In this document: positions 48,556 through 57,777 of the stretch, in pieces | How the letters are laid out: each line of letters starts with the position of its first letter | How positions within the stretch are numbered: position 1 is the stretch's first letter | Source: an uncultured Acidimicrobiia bacterium | Lineage (GTDB): Bacteria; Actinomycetota; Acidimicrobiia; Acidimicrobiales; AC-14 | Assembly (NCBI GenBank): GCA_963836205.1 | Contig: CAWIIV010000011.1 | Location: 1 to 64,000, forward strand | DNA length: 64,000 bases | Direction: 5' to 3' | Translations under genes and position numbers: made by a program | Notes under the pieces: generated by a model | Database searches by the model: none | What the model was told of the DNA's origin: nothing | The model's input: the letters and a program-made list of their open reading frames with translations, nothing else

Positions 48556-50098
48556 CAACGAGTGGGGTGACTTCCAGACTCCCCAAGAACTGGCTGCCAT
48601 CGTCGTCTCATCAGTAGGGCGGACTCCCTGGGCGCGAGTGCTGGAGCCGACCTGCGGGGTCGGTCGGTTCCTGGAGGCCACGAGATCGCTCGGCGGCGAC
48701 ATCGAACGTCTCGGGATCGAGGTGCAGCCTCACTACTTCGAGGCCGCCAGGAACGATGGTTTCAACGTGCTGGCGCGGAACATCTTCGATCTCAACCTTG
48801 CTCGAGACCTGACGTGGCGCACGCGTGGACCGCTCCTGGTCGTAGGGAACCCGCCATGGGTCACCAACGCCCAGTTGGGCACCCTCGGGTCGATCAACCT
48901 GCCCGCGAAGTCGAATATCCGCGGTCGCAACGGGTTCGACGCCATGACTGGTTCGTCAAACTTCGACATCGCCGAGTACATCTTCTTGAAGCTGATGCTC
49001 GAATTGGAGGGCGAGCGGCCGACGATCGCACTGCTGGTAAAGACACACGTCGCGCGGAACGTGCTTTCGTTCGCTTCGCAGTTCAAGTTGCCGTACTCCG
49101 GCTTCACCATCCGGTCGATCAATGCCAAGGCGTGGTTCGGAGCGAGCGTGGACGCATGCCTGTTCACGGTCCAGCACTGTGAGGCGCCGGAGTACGTCTG
49201 CGACGTCTACCCCGGCATCGACAGCGCCGAGCCGTCGCACACCATCGGCGTCGTGGGCCACCGCCTGGTCGCCGACATGGACCTGTACCGGCGAACCGCT
49301 TTCGCCGACGGTCGTTCGCCATTGGAGTGGCGATCCGGGGTCAAGCATGACGCCTCTCGGGTCATGGAGGTTTCGGCAGAGACCCGAACGCGACTTGCGC
49401 TTGAGGATGAGTTCGTCTTCCCGCTGCTGAAGTGTACCGACCTCTTTCGCGGCCGGCTCACACCAACCAAGTTCATGGTCGTTCCTCAGCTTCGATTCGG
49501 TGAGGACACCGCCCATCTGCGGCAGAAGGCTCCCAAGCTGTGGGCCTACCTCGACTCTCATGCCGAAACGCTCGACAAGAGAGCGTCGTCCATCTATCGG
49601 AACCAGCCACGATTCGCGGTATTTGGTCTCGGGGAGTATACCTTCTCGCGATACAAGATCGCGATTTCGGGTTTCCACAAAGAGATCCGTTTTGTCCTGC
49701 TGAATGAGTTCGAGAAGCGACCGATCGTCGTGGACGATGCCTGCTACACGCTCTCGTTCGATGATGGCGCAGAAGCGTCGATGTGCCATGCCCTGCTTGG
49801 GACACAGAGCGTGACCGACCTGCTTCGCTCCCTCGCGTTCTGGGACGCCAAGCGGCCAATCAACAAGACCTTGCTCCAGCGCATCGACCTGTTGGCGATC
49901 GCCCGCAAAGCAGAACTGACGGAGTTGGTTCCCTTGGCGGACGAGGCCGCGGAACGACTGGGGATCGACCCTCCGTGCTCCTGGCAGGGAACACTTGACA
50001 AGCTCATGCACGACTGGGAGATCCCGGCTCCCAACCATCGGCGGCCGCGTCCTGTAAAGGCCAGGTCATCGGAGACCGCCCTCACATTCGACGTGTAG
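48548..50098 (+). CDS. N6-adenine DNA methyltransferase (gamma class), M.NspV-like
   Basis: GDFQTP, LEPTCGVG (motif I) and GNPPW (motif IV); overlaps the REase by 8 nt. Confidence 0.88.
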   Translation: MPNNEWGDFQTPQELAAIVVSSVGRTPWARVLEPTCGVGRFLEATRSLGGDIERLGIEVQPHYFEAARNDGFNVLARNIFDLNLARDLTWRTRGPLLVVGNPPWVTNAQLGTLGSINLPAKSNIRGRNGFDAMTGSSNFDIAEYIFLKLMLELEGERPTIALLVKTHVARNVLSFASQFKLPYSGFTIRSINAKAWFGASVDACLFTVQHCEAPEYVCDVYPGIDSAEPSHTIGVVGHRLVADMDLYRRTAFADGRSPLEWRSGVKHDASRVMEVSAETRTRLALEDEFVFPLLKCTDLFRGRLTPTKFMVVPQLRFGEDTAHLRQKAPKLWAYLDSHAETLDKRASSIYRNQPRFAVFGLGEYTFSRYKIAISGFHKEIRFVLLNEFEKRPIVVDDACYTLSFDDGAEASMCHALLGTQSVTDLLRSLAFWDAKRPINKTLLQRIDLLAIARKAELTELVPLADEAAERLGIDPPCSWQGTLDKLMHDWEIPAPNHRRPRPVKARSSETALTFDV

Positions 50099-50356
50099 CT
50101 GGCCACTGACGGCGAGCGCTGGCGTCAGCGGCGAGCCGGGCGCACCCCATCGCTCCACGATCCTGCCAATTGGGCGTCGACGGGAACTGCGCCAGCCCAC
50201 AAACTCCGCCAACCAGTGGTACGTCAGCAGGGCGAATCAGCCTGGTCGACCCAACCACCACGGGTGCCCCGAGGTCGTGCCGTTGGTTCAGGCGGCGCGA
50301 CCACGCTGGTACCTTCGATCGCAGGGACGTCCCGTCGGGACGTCGAAAGGGTGGCC

Positions 50357-50947
50357 ATGCCCCATCGGCGGTTCGCAGTCCCCCTCGTCGCCCTCTTGAT
50401 CCTGGCCTTGGCCTCGGCGTGTGGCGACGACGAAGCGTCAGACGTGGCGACGGCCCCGTCGGTGACCGGTGCCGTGGCGACCACGTCGACTGCGCCCGCC
50501 TCCAGCCCGACGACCGTCCCGACCGACACCCCGACGACCGCCCCCGAACCCTCCACGCCCGGGACGACGTCCCCGCCTGTCACCTCTCCTCCGGCCACCT
50601 CTCCTCCGGCCACCTCGCCGCCGGTGACGGCCGCCCCCGGCCGCACCGCCGCCCTGGGCGAGAGCTTCTCCCTCGGCGTCGGGGAGACGGTGACGATCCC
50701 CTCCGAGGGACTTTCGGTGACGTTCGGCAACGTGGGACCCGACAACCGCTGCCCGCCGGGCGTCATGTGCATCGTCGCGGGGAACGCGTCGATCGGCGTG
50801 CCCGTCACCAAGAGCGGGTCGGCGACCGCCATCCTGGTCCTCAACACCGACGATGTCCCGATGTCCGGCTCTTACGGGCCGTACACCGTCCACCTCGTCC
50901 GGCTCAGCCGGGGTTCGCCGCCGGTCGCCACCCTCATGGTGGCGTAG
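50357..50947 (+). CDS. Hypothetical lipoprotein
   Basis: Lipobox ASAC, Pro/Thr linker, and a DNRCP..VMCIVAG domain. Confidence 0.8.
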   Translation: MPHRRFAVPLVALLILALASACGDDEASDVATAPSVTGAVATTSTAPASSPTTVPTDTPTTAPEPSTPGTTSPPVTSPPATSPPATSPPVTAAPGRTAALGESFSLGVGETVTIPSEGLSVTFGNVGPDNRCPPGVMCIVAGNASIGVPVTKSGSATAILVLNTDDVPMSGSYGPYTVHLVRLSRGSPPVATLMVA

Positions 50948-50959
50948 ACCGCCGACCGT

Positions 50960-51871
50960 TCAGACGGAGGCGGTGGCTTCCTCGCGCTTCGCCGACAGGC
51001 GGTGGCCCACCCGTCCGATCTTGGCGATTCGCTCCATCAGCCGCTCGCGGGCCTGCTCCGCCTCGGGCGTGAGGCCCTCGAGGTGCTCCAGCCGCCAGTG
51101 GCGGACGACGACGGGCAGCAGGATCTGGTCGTGATGGATGCCGAGGTCGTAGATTCCCGCCCGGGCGATGGCCTTGGCCAGGTCGCGGAAGCCCTCGACG
51201 CCGGTGCCGGGCATCTCGAAGTCGCGCACCTGGCGCTCCATGGCCAGCACCATGCTCGACGGGTCGAGGGCCACCGCGGCGGTGCTCACGTCGCGGTAGA
51301 AGAGGTAGTGGAGGTTCTCGTCGGCCGCCACCCGGGCCATGACCTCGTAGCCGGAGGGGTCGTACTCGGCCAGCAGCTTGCCCGTGTTGCGGTGGGAGAT
51401 CCGCGTGGCCAGCTCCTGGAGGGCGACGTAGACCAGGCCCTCGAAGGCGTTGGCGATGGGCTGGTGGAACCCGTGGCTCACCTGCTTCATGCGGGCCCGT
51501 TCGAGCGCGACCGGGTCGATCGCCCCGGAGAGGGTGAGGTAATCGCGGATGACGATCGAGTGGCGGCCCTCCTCGGCCGTCCACCGGCGGTTCCAGGCGC
51601 CCCACGGGTGGTCCATCCCGAACATGGAGTCGAGCTTGACCGTGTAGTACGGCAGGTTGTCCTCGGTGAGCAGGTTGAGGAACAGCGCCTGGCGCACGGC
51701 CTCGTCCATGGGGTGGGCGGCGATGTCCCACGGCTCCCGGGGATCGGACTTGGCCGCCCGGTCCCAGGGCACCAACTGGTGCGGGAACCACTCCTTGGAG
51801 GTGTTCAAGTGCCGTTCGAGCAGCCGTTCCGCCTCCGGGGCCAGCTCGTGAAGGAGATCCGTCTCATTCAT
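50960..51871 (-). CDS. Acyl-ACP desaturase (ferritin-like diiron enzyme)
   Basis: LLTEDNLPYY, WTAEEGRH, QELATRISH and DENLH motifs. Confidence 0.93.
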   Translation of the reverse strand: MNETDLLHELAPEAERLLERHLNTSKEWFPHQLVPWDRAAKSDPREPWDIAAHPMDEAVRQALFLNLLTEDNLPYYTVKLDSMFGMDHPWGAWNRRWTAEEGRHSIVIRDYLTLSGAIDPVALERARMKQVSHGFHQPIANAFEGLVYVALQELATRISHRNTGKLLAEYDPSGYEVMARVAADENLHYLFYRDVSTAAVALDPSSMVLAMERQVRDFEMPGTGVEGFRDLAKAIARAGIYDLGIHHDQILLPVVVRHWRLEHLEGLTPEAEQARERLMERIAKIGRVGHRLSAKREEATASV

Positions 51872-51914
51872 GCGGACCCAGCCTACCTACAAGTAGGTAG
51901 GCACGAAAAATCGG

Positions 51915-52999
51915 TCAGAACACGACCACCGAGCGCAGGACCTCTCCCCGCTGCATCTTGGCGAAGGCGTCCTCCACGTGGTCGACGTCGATCGTCTCCG
52001 ACACGAAGCGGTCGAGGTCGAAGCGGCCCGAGAGGTACAGGTCGATCAGCATCGGGAAGTCGCGGGTGGGCAGGCAGTCGCCGTACCACGAGGGCTTGAG
52101 GGCACCGCCCCGTCCGAAGAACTCGATGTGGGGGAGCTCGAGGGTCATCGTCGGCGACGGGACCCCGACCTGGACCACGATCCCCGCCAGGTCGCGGGCG
52201 TTGAAGGCCTGGAGGAACACGTCCGGGCGCCCGACGGCCTCGATGGCGACGTCGACCCCGAAGCCGTCGGTGAGGGCCTTGATGGCCTCGACGGGGTCGT
52301 CTCCCGGGAGTTGACGGTGTCGGTGGCGCCGAACGCCCGGGCCCACTCGAGCTTGCGGTCGTCGACGTCGACCGCGATCACCGTGCGGGCACCGGCCAGC
52401 CGGGAGGCGGCGATGGCGGCGTCGCCCACCCCGCCGCAGCCGAAGACGGCCACCGTGTCGCCCCGGCCGACCCCGCCGGTGGTGACCGCGGCGCCGAAGC
52501 CGGCCATGACGCCGCAGCCGATGAGCCCGGCCGCCTCGGGGCGAGCCCGGGGGTCGACCTTCACCGCCTGGCCCGCGGCCACGAGCGTCTTCTCCACGAA
52601 GGCGCCGATGCCCAGGGCGGGGCTCAGGGGGGTGCCGTCGGCGAGGGTCATCTTCTGGGTCGCGTTGGCGCTGTCGAAGCAGTACCAGGGCCGGCCCCGC
52701 AGGCACGAACGGCACCGCCCGCACGGCGCCCGCCAGGCCAGCACCACATAGTCGCCGACGGCCACGTTGTCGACGTCGGGCCCGACGGCGTCGACCACGC
52801 CCGCCGCTTCGTGGCCGAGGAGGAACGGGAAGTCGTCGTTGATGGCGCCCTCCCGGTAGTGGAGGTCGGTGTGGCAGACGCCGCAGGCCTGCACCGTCAC
52901 CACCACCTCGCCCGGCCCGGGGTCGGGGACGACGACGGTCTCGACCGTCACCGGCGCCCCCTTGGCGGTCGCGACAACACCTCGAACCTCGCTCGGCAT
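51915..52999 (-). CDS. S-(hydroxymethyl)mycothiol dehydrogenase (1-bp deletion near 52300)
   Basis: [18 protein letters not shown] and a Zn-Cys cluster; after the shift, [12 protein letters not shown] and GEVLRSVV. Confidence 0.9.
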
Positions 53000-53071
53000 C
53001 GGATGTCCCTCCTGTCTCGGAGTGGTTCGGACCAACCTTACGGGCGCCGAGGCTCGGTACCATGCCGTTGC

Positions 53072-53656
53072 ATGGGTCGTCCTGCTCGCCTCGGGTTCGC
53101 CCTGCTGGCGGCCGTGGTCCTCGTCTGCGCCGGGTGTTCGTCGAAGGTCGACACCGTCGGTACGGAAGGACCGCCGTCGACCATCTCCGGTCAGCCGCCG
53201 GCGTCCGAGCCGACTCCGCCCGCCGACACCGTCCCCGACGGTGATGGCGACCTCCCCACCGACCTCCCTCTCGACACCGAGCCGCCGCTGATCGAGAACC
53301 CGGATGGCGAGATGGTCGCGCCCGCCGTCGCCCAGGCCGGCGGCGGGTGGCGGCTGGTGGTGAACCATCCGACCGCGGGGTCGACGGTGGGGCGGGCGGC
53401 GCTGGTCTGCTACGTCGTCACGGGACCGGTTCAGAGTGCCGCCGTCGTGCTCGAGGTCACCGTCGTCGGCCAGGCGCCGGTCCAGGTCGCGGGATCGGTG
53501 GGGCGGGGGTCGGCCCACGCCGACCTCACGGCCGATCCCGAGCCCCGCGACGTCCGTGTGCAGCTGATCGTCGACGGCAGGCGACTCGACGGTGGGGCGG
53601 TGACGATCCCGGCCGTCCTCGTGGCCCCCGCGGTCGTCGACGCGCCCTGTCCCTGA
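53072..53656 (+). CDS. Hypothetical lipoprotein
   Basis: Lipobox CAGC, Pro-rich linker and a beta-rich domain. Confidence 0.7.
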   Translation: MGRPARLGFALLAAVVLVCAGCSSKVDTVGTEGPPSTISGQPPASEPTPPADTVPDGDGDLPTDLPLDTEPPLIENPDGEMVAPAVAQAGGGWRLVVNHPTAGSTVGRAALVCYVVTGPVQSAAVVLEVTVVGQAPVQVAGSVGRGSAHADLTADPEPRDVRVQLIVDGRRLDGGAVTIPAVLVAPAVVDAPCP

Positions 53657-53675
53657 CGGGGCGCGTCGGTCCCCG

Positions 53676-53966
53676 CTACGAGGGAGTGGCCCCCGGCATG
53701 TTGAGCGTGGTCATGTCGGCCAGGGGATAGACGTTGTAGGTGGAGTAGTTGTAGACCGGCGACTGGGCCAGCAGCATCTCCAACTCGTCGTTGGAGCTCA
53801 CGTTGTAGATCCACGCCCCGCCGTGGCTGCCGACGATGTGGTAGCGGCCGATGACCTTGCCTGACGCCTCCAGCGGCTTGGCATAGTCGGGCATCCTCAG
53901 GACGGTGCGCATCATCTCGCCCGACAGCCGCGAGATCTCCATCCGCCAAATGACCAGGAACTTCAC
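53676..53966 (-). CDS. Small muconolactone-isomerase/DUF3303-like protein
   Basis: MKFLV.W...[20 protein letters not shown]......VYPL; SD GAGGAGG. Confidence 0.75.
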   Translation of the reverse strand: MKFLVIWRMEISRLSGEMMRTVLRMPDYAKPLEASGKVIGRYHIVGSHGGAWIYNVSSNDELEMLLAQSPVYNYSTYNVYPLADMTTLNMPGATPS

Positions 53967-54001
53967 AGTGAGGCCTCCTCGAAGTGGTTCGGTACCAAGG
54001 T

Positions 54002-54353
54002 AGGCGCACAGTCGGACGGGCTCCGCCCCCCGACGGCCCCCCGAGGTCAAAGGCGCACAGTCGGACGGGCTCCGCCCCCCGACGGCCCCCCGAGGTCAAA
54101 GGCGCACAGTCGGACGGGCTCCGCCCCCCGACGGCCCCCCGAGGTCAAAGGCGCACAGTCGGACGGGCTCCGCCGCCCGACGGCCCCCCGAGGTCAGGTC
54201 AAAGGCGCACAGTCGGACGGGCTCCGCCCCCCGACGGCCCCCCGAGGTCAAAGGCGCACAGTCGGACGGGCTCCGCCCCCCGACGGCCCCCCGAGGTCAA
54301 AGGCGCACAGTCGGACGGGCTCCGCCCCCCGACGGCCCCCCGAGGTCAAAGGC
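54002..54353. repeat. Tandem array of seven 49-bp hairpin-containing units
   Basis: Unit AGGCGCACAGTCGGACGGGCTCCGCCCCCCGACGGCCCCCCGAGGTCAA starts at 54002, 54051, 54100, 54149 (variant, +GGTCA), 54203, 54252 and 54301. Confidence 0.97.
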
Positions 54354-54556
54354 TCGGACCAGCTTCGGCCGGGCTGCTCGTTGTTCCGACAGGCGTTCCG
54401 GCTCCTTCGACGCCTGCCTGTCGGGCCGGGCCGGGGTCCGGCCCTGTCGAAACTGGTGACGGGAAAGGGCGTGTGGCGGCCTTGGGTGTCACCAGTTCGG
54501 GACGGGCGGCGGGGGGGTGGCGGTTATCGGGGGGGGATGCGGGTAGGTACCGGGGC

Positions 54557-54856
54557 ATGACCGATCCCCGCCTGGAAGATCACGTGGTCGGGTTGGAACT
54601 GCAGCTCGTCGAGTTGGTCGAGCGTCGCGAGCGGGCCCTGGTGCAGGGCTTGCCCGACGAGGCGGAGGCCATCGCCGACGAGATCGACGAGGTGCAGACC
54701 GAGCTGATTGTCAGTGCCGAGGCAGTTGCCACCGAGCATCCGGAACCGCACGCCGAGGTGTTGGCCGAGTCGGCGGAAGAGGCGACGTTCACCCTCCTCG
54801 ACGCCGGTATGCACGTCGGGCCGGCGGGCCGGCCCCGGGACCGGATGGCCAGCTAG
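54557..54856 (+). CDS. Hypothetical acidic helical protein
   Basis: 99 aa from ATG 54557, preceded by a GGTT-N15-GGGTAG promoter-like sequence. Confidence 0.6.
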   Translation: MTDPRLEDHVVGLELQLVELVERRERALVQGLPDEAEAIADEIDEVQTELIVSAEAVATEHPEPHAEVLAESAEEATFTLLDAGMHVGPAGRPRDRMAS

Positions 54857-54874
54857 TCCCGGCGGAGCGGCGGG

Positions 54875-55438
54875 CTACTCCCCGTCCCCGGCGTCCCCGG
54901 CGGGCCGGTTTCCTTCCGCGTCGACCTGCTCGACGCTCTCGGCCTGCTCCTTCTCCAGCACCTCGGCCGCGTCGCGGGCCTCTTCGTCGGACTCGGCATG
55001 CACTGCCACCAGGACCTTCCCGCCCCTGATGGAGTCCCCGAAGGTGAGCTCCCAGTTCTCGCTGAGGTCCATCGACCCGATGCCGCCGACCATGCCGCCG
55101 ACCGCGCCACCCCCGATGCCGCCGGCGAACATGGCCGCGAAGATCCCAGTCCCGATGCCGGGGCCGACGCCGGGGATGGCGAAGGCGGCCGCGCCCGCCA
55201 GAGCCCCGAGGACGGTGCCCACCGCTCCTCCCTTGGCCGCCTGCTTGCCCATCTCGGCTGCGACCTCCATGTCGCGCAGGCGGGTGTCGGGATCGCTGGC
55301 CACCTCCTCCGCATCGCGGCCGACGAGTGAGACCTTGTCGGCGTCGAAGCCGGCCCGACTCAGGCCCTCAAGGGCCTCCCGGGCCTGCTCGGGCGTGGCG
55401 AAGGTGGCGACGACGTTGTGGTCGCTCGGCCGGGTCAT
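54875..55438 (-). CDS. General stress protein (YflT/DUF1269-like, Gly-zipper membrane hairpin)
   Basis: VVATF....A..A...L..AGF, GALAG..IPGVGP and GGKVLVAV. Confidence 0.85.
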   Translation of the reverse strand: MTRPSDHNVVATFATPEQAREALEGLSRAGFDADKVSLVGRDAEEVASDPDTRLRDMEVAAEMGKQAAKGGAVGTVLGALAGAAAFAIPGVGPGIGTGIFAAMFAGGIGGGAVGGMVGGIGSMDLSENWELTFGDSIRGGKVLVAVHAESDEEARDAAEVLEKEQAESVEQVDAEGNRPAGDAGDGE

Positions 55439-55573
55439 ATCGGCATGGGGTCCGGGAAGGGCGGCTCGGGCAGCGGCATGGGCGGCTCCGGCTCCGGCAT
55501 GGGCCCGGGGAGGGGGTCGATGGGCGGCGGGGACGGGATGGGTTGCGGGATGCTCGATCGCACGCCTACGCGC

Positions 55574-55599
55574 CTACCCGCGGCCTCCGCGCCCGAAAC
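55574..55599 (-). promoter_or_regulatory. SigB/SigF-type stress promoter
   Basis: Minus strand reads GTTT-N16-GGGTAG upstream of the general stress gene. Confidence 0.6.
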
Positions 55600-55654
55600 G
55601 GCCGTGCCCGGCGCCCGGGTTGGAACCGGGGACGGGCGGGAAGGGTGGCCGGCA

Positions 55655-56704
55655 ATGGCCCGGCTGCGCAGGAGCGACCTCAACGGGCCCGGCATCCGCC
55701 GGCGGCGGGCGGGCAAGGGGTTCACCTACCTCGACGCCGACGGCCGGCGGGTGAGCGACCCCGAGATCCTCGACCGCATCCGGGCCCTGGGCATCCCTCC
55801 GGCGTGGACCGACGTGTGGATCTGCCCCGAGCCCAGGGGCCACATCCAGGCCGTCGGCACCGACGCCCGGGGCCGCCGCCAGTACCGGTACCACGACGTG
55901 TGGCGGATCGACCGTGACCGGGAGAAGTTCGACCACATGCTCGAGTTCGGGCGCAGCCTGCCGAAGCTCCGGCACTGCATGTTCGAGCACCTCCGGGAGG
56001 ACGGGCTGGGCCGTGACCGGGTCCTCGCCTGCAGCGCCCGCCTCCTCGACCTGGGGTTCTTCCGCATCGGCACCGAGGGCTACGCCGAGGAGAACCAGAC
56101 CTACGGCCTGGCCACCATGCAGAAGCGGCACGTGAAGCTGGCCGGTGACGGGATCGTCGAGTTCGACTACGTCGCCAAGGGCGGCAAGCGCCGGCTGACC
56201 TCGGTGGTCGACCCCCTGGTCTACGACGTGGTGGCCGCGCTCAAGCAGCGCCGGGGCGGGCTGCCGGAGCTGTTGGCCTGGCGCCGGCGGGTGGGGCGAC
56301 GGGTGGTCTGGGTCGACGTCCGGTCCACCGACATCAACGCCTACATCAAGGAGGTGACCGGCGGGGACTTCACGGCCAAGGACTTCCGCACCTGGAACGC
56401 CACCGTGTTGGCCGCGGTGGCCCTGTCGGTGTCGACCAACGCGGCCTCGCCCCACGCCCGCAAACGAGCGATTAGCCGGGCTTATCAGGAGGTCGCCCAC
56501 TACCTGGGGAACACGCCCGCCGTGTGCCGGAAGTCGTACGTCGACCCCCGCCTGCTCGACCACTACCAGTCGGGGTCGACCATCGCCGACGTGCTCGAAT
56601 CGATCTGGGCCGCCGACGACGACATCGCCACCCACGATGCGGTCGAGACCGCCGTCCTCGACCTGCTCGATCCGGTCATGACCCGGGAGGCCATACCGGC
56701 CTGA
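55655..56704 (+). CDS. DNA topoisomerase IB (bacterial, poxvirus-like)
   Basis: IPPAWTDVWI, GRRQYRYH, FRIG, KGG, KDFRTW and LGNTPAVCRKSY (catalytic Tyr). Confidence 0.95.
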   Translation: MARLRRSDLNGPGIRRRRAGKGFTYLDADGRRVSDPEILDRIRALGIPPAWTDVWICPEPRGHIQAVGTDARGRRQYRYHDVWRIDRDREKFDHMLEFGRSLPKLRHCMFEHLREDGLGRDRVLACSARLLDLGFFRIGTEGYAEENQTYGLATMQKRHVKLAGDGIVEFDYVAKGGKRRLTSVVDPLVYDVVAALKQRRGGLPELLAWRRRVGRRVVWVDVRSTDINAYIKEVTGGDFTAKDFRTWNATVLAAVALSVSTNAASPHARKRAISRAYQEVAHYLGNTPAVCRKSYVDPRLLDHYQSGSTIADVLESIWAADDDIATHDAVETAVLDLLDPVMTREAIPA

Positions 56705-56732
56705 TCGGAGGCCGGGTGCTCTACGCTCGGAC

Positions 56733-57302
56733 GTGATGCGGCTCCGACCCGCCCTGATCCTGGCCGCACCCGCCGGTGTCCTGGGCGGCCATGCGATCGG
56801 GTACCTGGCCGCACCCGGACCGGCGGGCGTGGCCGCGGTCCATCACGGCTACCTGGCCCTGGCCCTGGCCATCGCCGTTCCCCTGGCCGTGCTCGCCGTG
56901 GGATGGGCGGTCACCGCAGGGGCGGCCGGCACGGGCACCGTCGCTGCCGCCTCCCGCCGGGGGGCCGTCTCCGTCGGGCCGCTGCTCCTGGGCCAGTGGA
57001 CGTTGTTCGTCGGCCAAGAGGTGGTGGAGCACGCCGCCACCGGTCACGGCGCCGCCGCCGTGCTCCACTCGCCGGCCCTGTGGTGCGGGCTGGCGGCCCA
57101 GGTGGTCACCGCCCTGGCGGTGGTGGTCCTGGTGCGGGCGTCGGCCGGCACCGGAGCCCGGCTCGTCTCCCGGTTCGGTGGCCGCCTCCTGTGGGTCCTG
57201 CCGCTCTTCTTCTGGCTCGTGCCTCGGCCGCCCCGCCGGCCGCCGCTGTCGCTCGTCGTCGTCAGCCCGTCCCGGGGACCGCCCGCGGCCCGGTTCGCCT
57301 GA
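56733..57302 (+). CDS. Multi-TM His-containing membrane protein ending near an RGPP motif
   Basis: GHAIGY, VHHGY and QEVVEH; C-terminus SPSRGPPAARFA. Confidence 0.75.
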   Translation: MMRLRPALILAAPAGVLGGHAIGYLAAPGPAGVAAVHHGYLALALAIAVPLAVLAVGWAVTAGAAGTGTVAAASRRGAVSVGPLLLGQWTLFVGQEVVEHAATGHGAAAVLHSPALWCGLAAQVVTALAVVVLVRASAGTGARLVSRFGGRLLWVLPLFFWLVPRPPRRPPLSLVVVSPSRGPPAARFA

Positions 57303-57339
57303 CACCACGTCCGACAACCTTTCACGAGAGCGAGGGAAC

Positions 57340-57777
57340 ATGGCCCTGGCCCGCATCACGCGGCTGGCCGTCGTCGTCACCGTCGTCGCCGGCATCGCCC
57401 TGAGCGCATGCAGCGACGACGACAGCACTGTGTCGAGCTCGTCCACCACCGTCGTCACCACGGTCCCCGGCGGCTCCAGCACCACCGCCGCCACGGCCCC
57501 CACCACCACCGCCTCGGCAGGGAAGGTCGCCGCCTTCTCCTTCTCCGGTGGCAACGTCACCGGTGACAGCGAGGTCACGGCCAAGGTCGGCGAGCAGGTC
57601 ACCATCGTCGTGGTGAGCGACGTCGCCGAGGAGGTTCACGTCCACACCTACGACCTCATGGTGGAACTGGAGCCCAACGTGGCCGGCCAAATCACGTTCA
57701 CGGCCGACATCCCCGGGGTCCACGAGGTCGAGCTGGAGGACAGCGGGCTCCACCTCACCAGCCTCAAGGTGCAGTGA
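57340..57777 (+). CDS. Lipoprotein with a cupredoxin-like beta domain
   Basis: Lipobox LSAC; EEVHVHTYD and FTADIPGVHEVE. Confidence 0.75.
   Translation: MALARITRLAVVVTVVAGIALSACSDDDSTVSSSSTTVVTTVPGGSSTTAATAPTTTASAGKVAAFSFSGGNVTGDSEVTAKVGEQVTIVVVSDVAEEVHVHTYDLMVELEPNVAGQITFTADIPGVHEVELEDSGLHLTSLKVQ

Noticed and set aside
54002-54353. CRISPR array
   Set aside because: The units abut with no unique spacers, and no cas genes are present in the window.
53984-54556. Repeat-encoded N-terminus of ORF 53984-54856
   Set aside because: The 49-bp unit cycles through reading frames and gives Arg/Pro-rich shadow sequence; the plausible gene starts at 54557.
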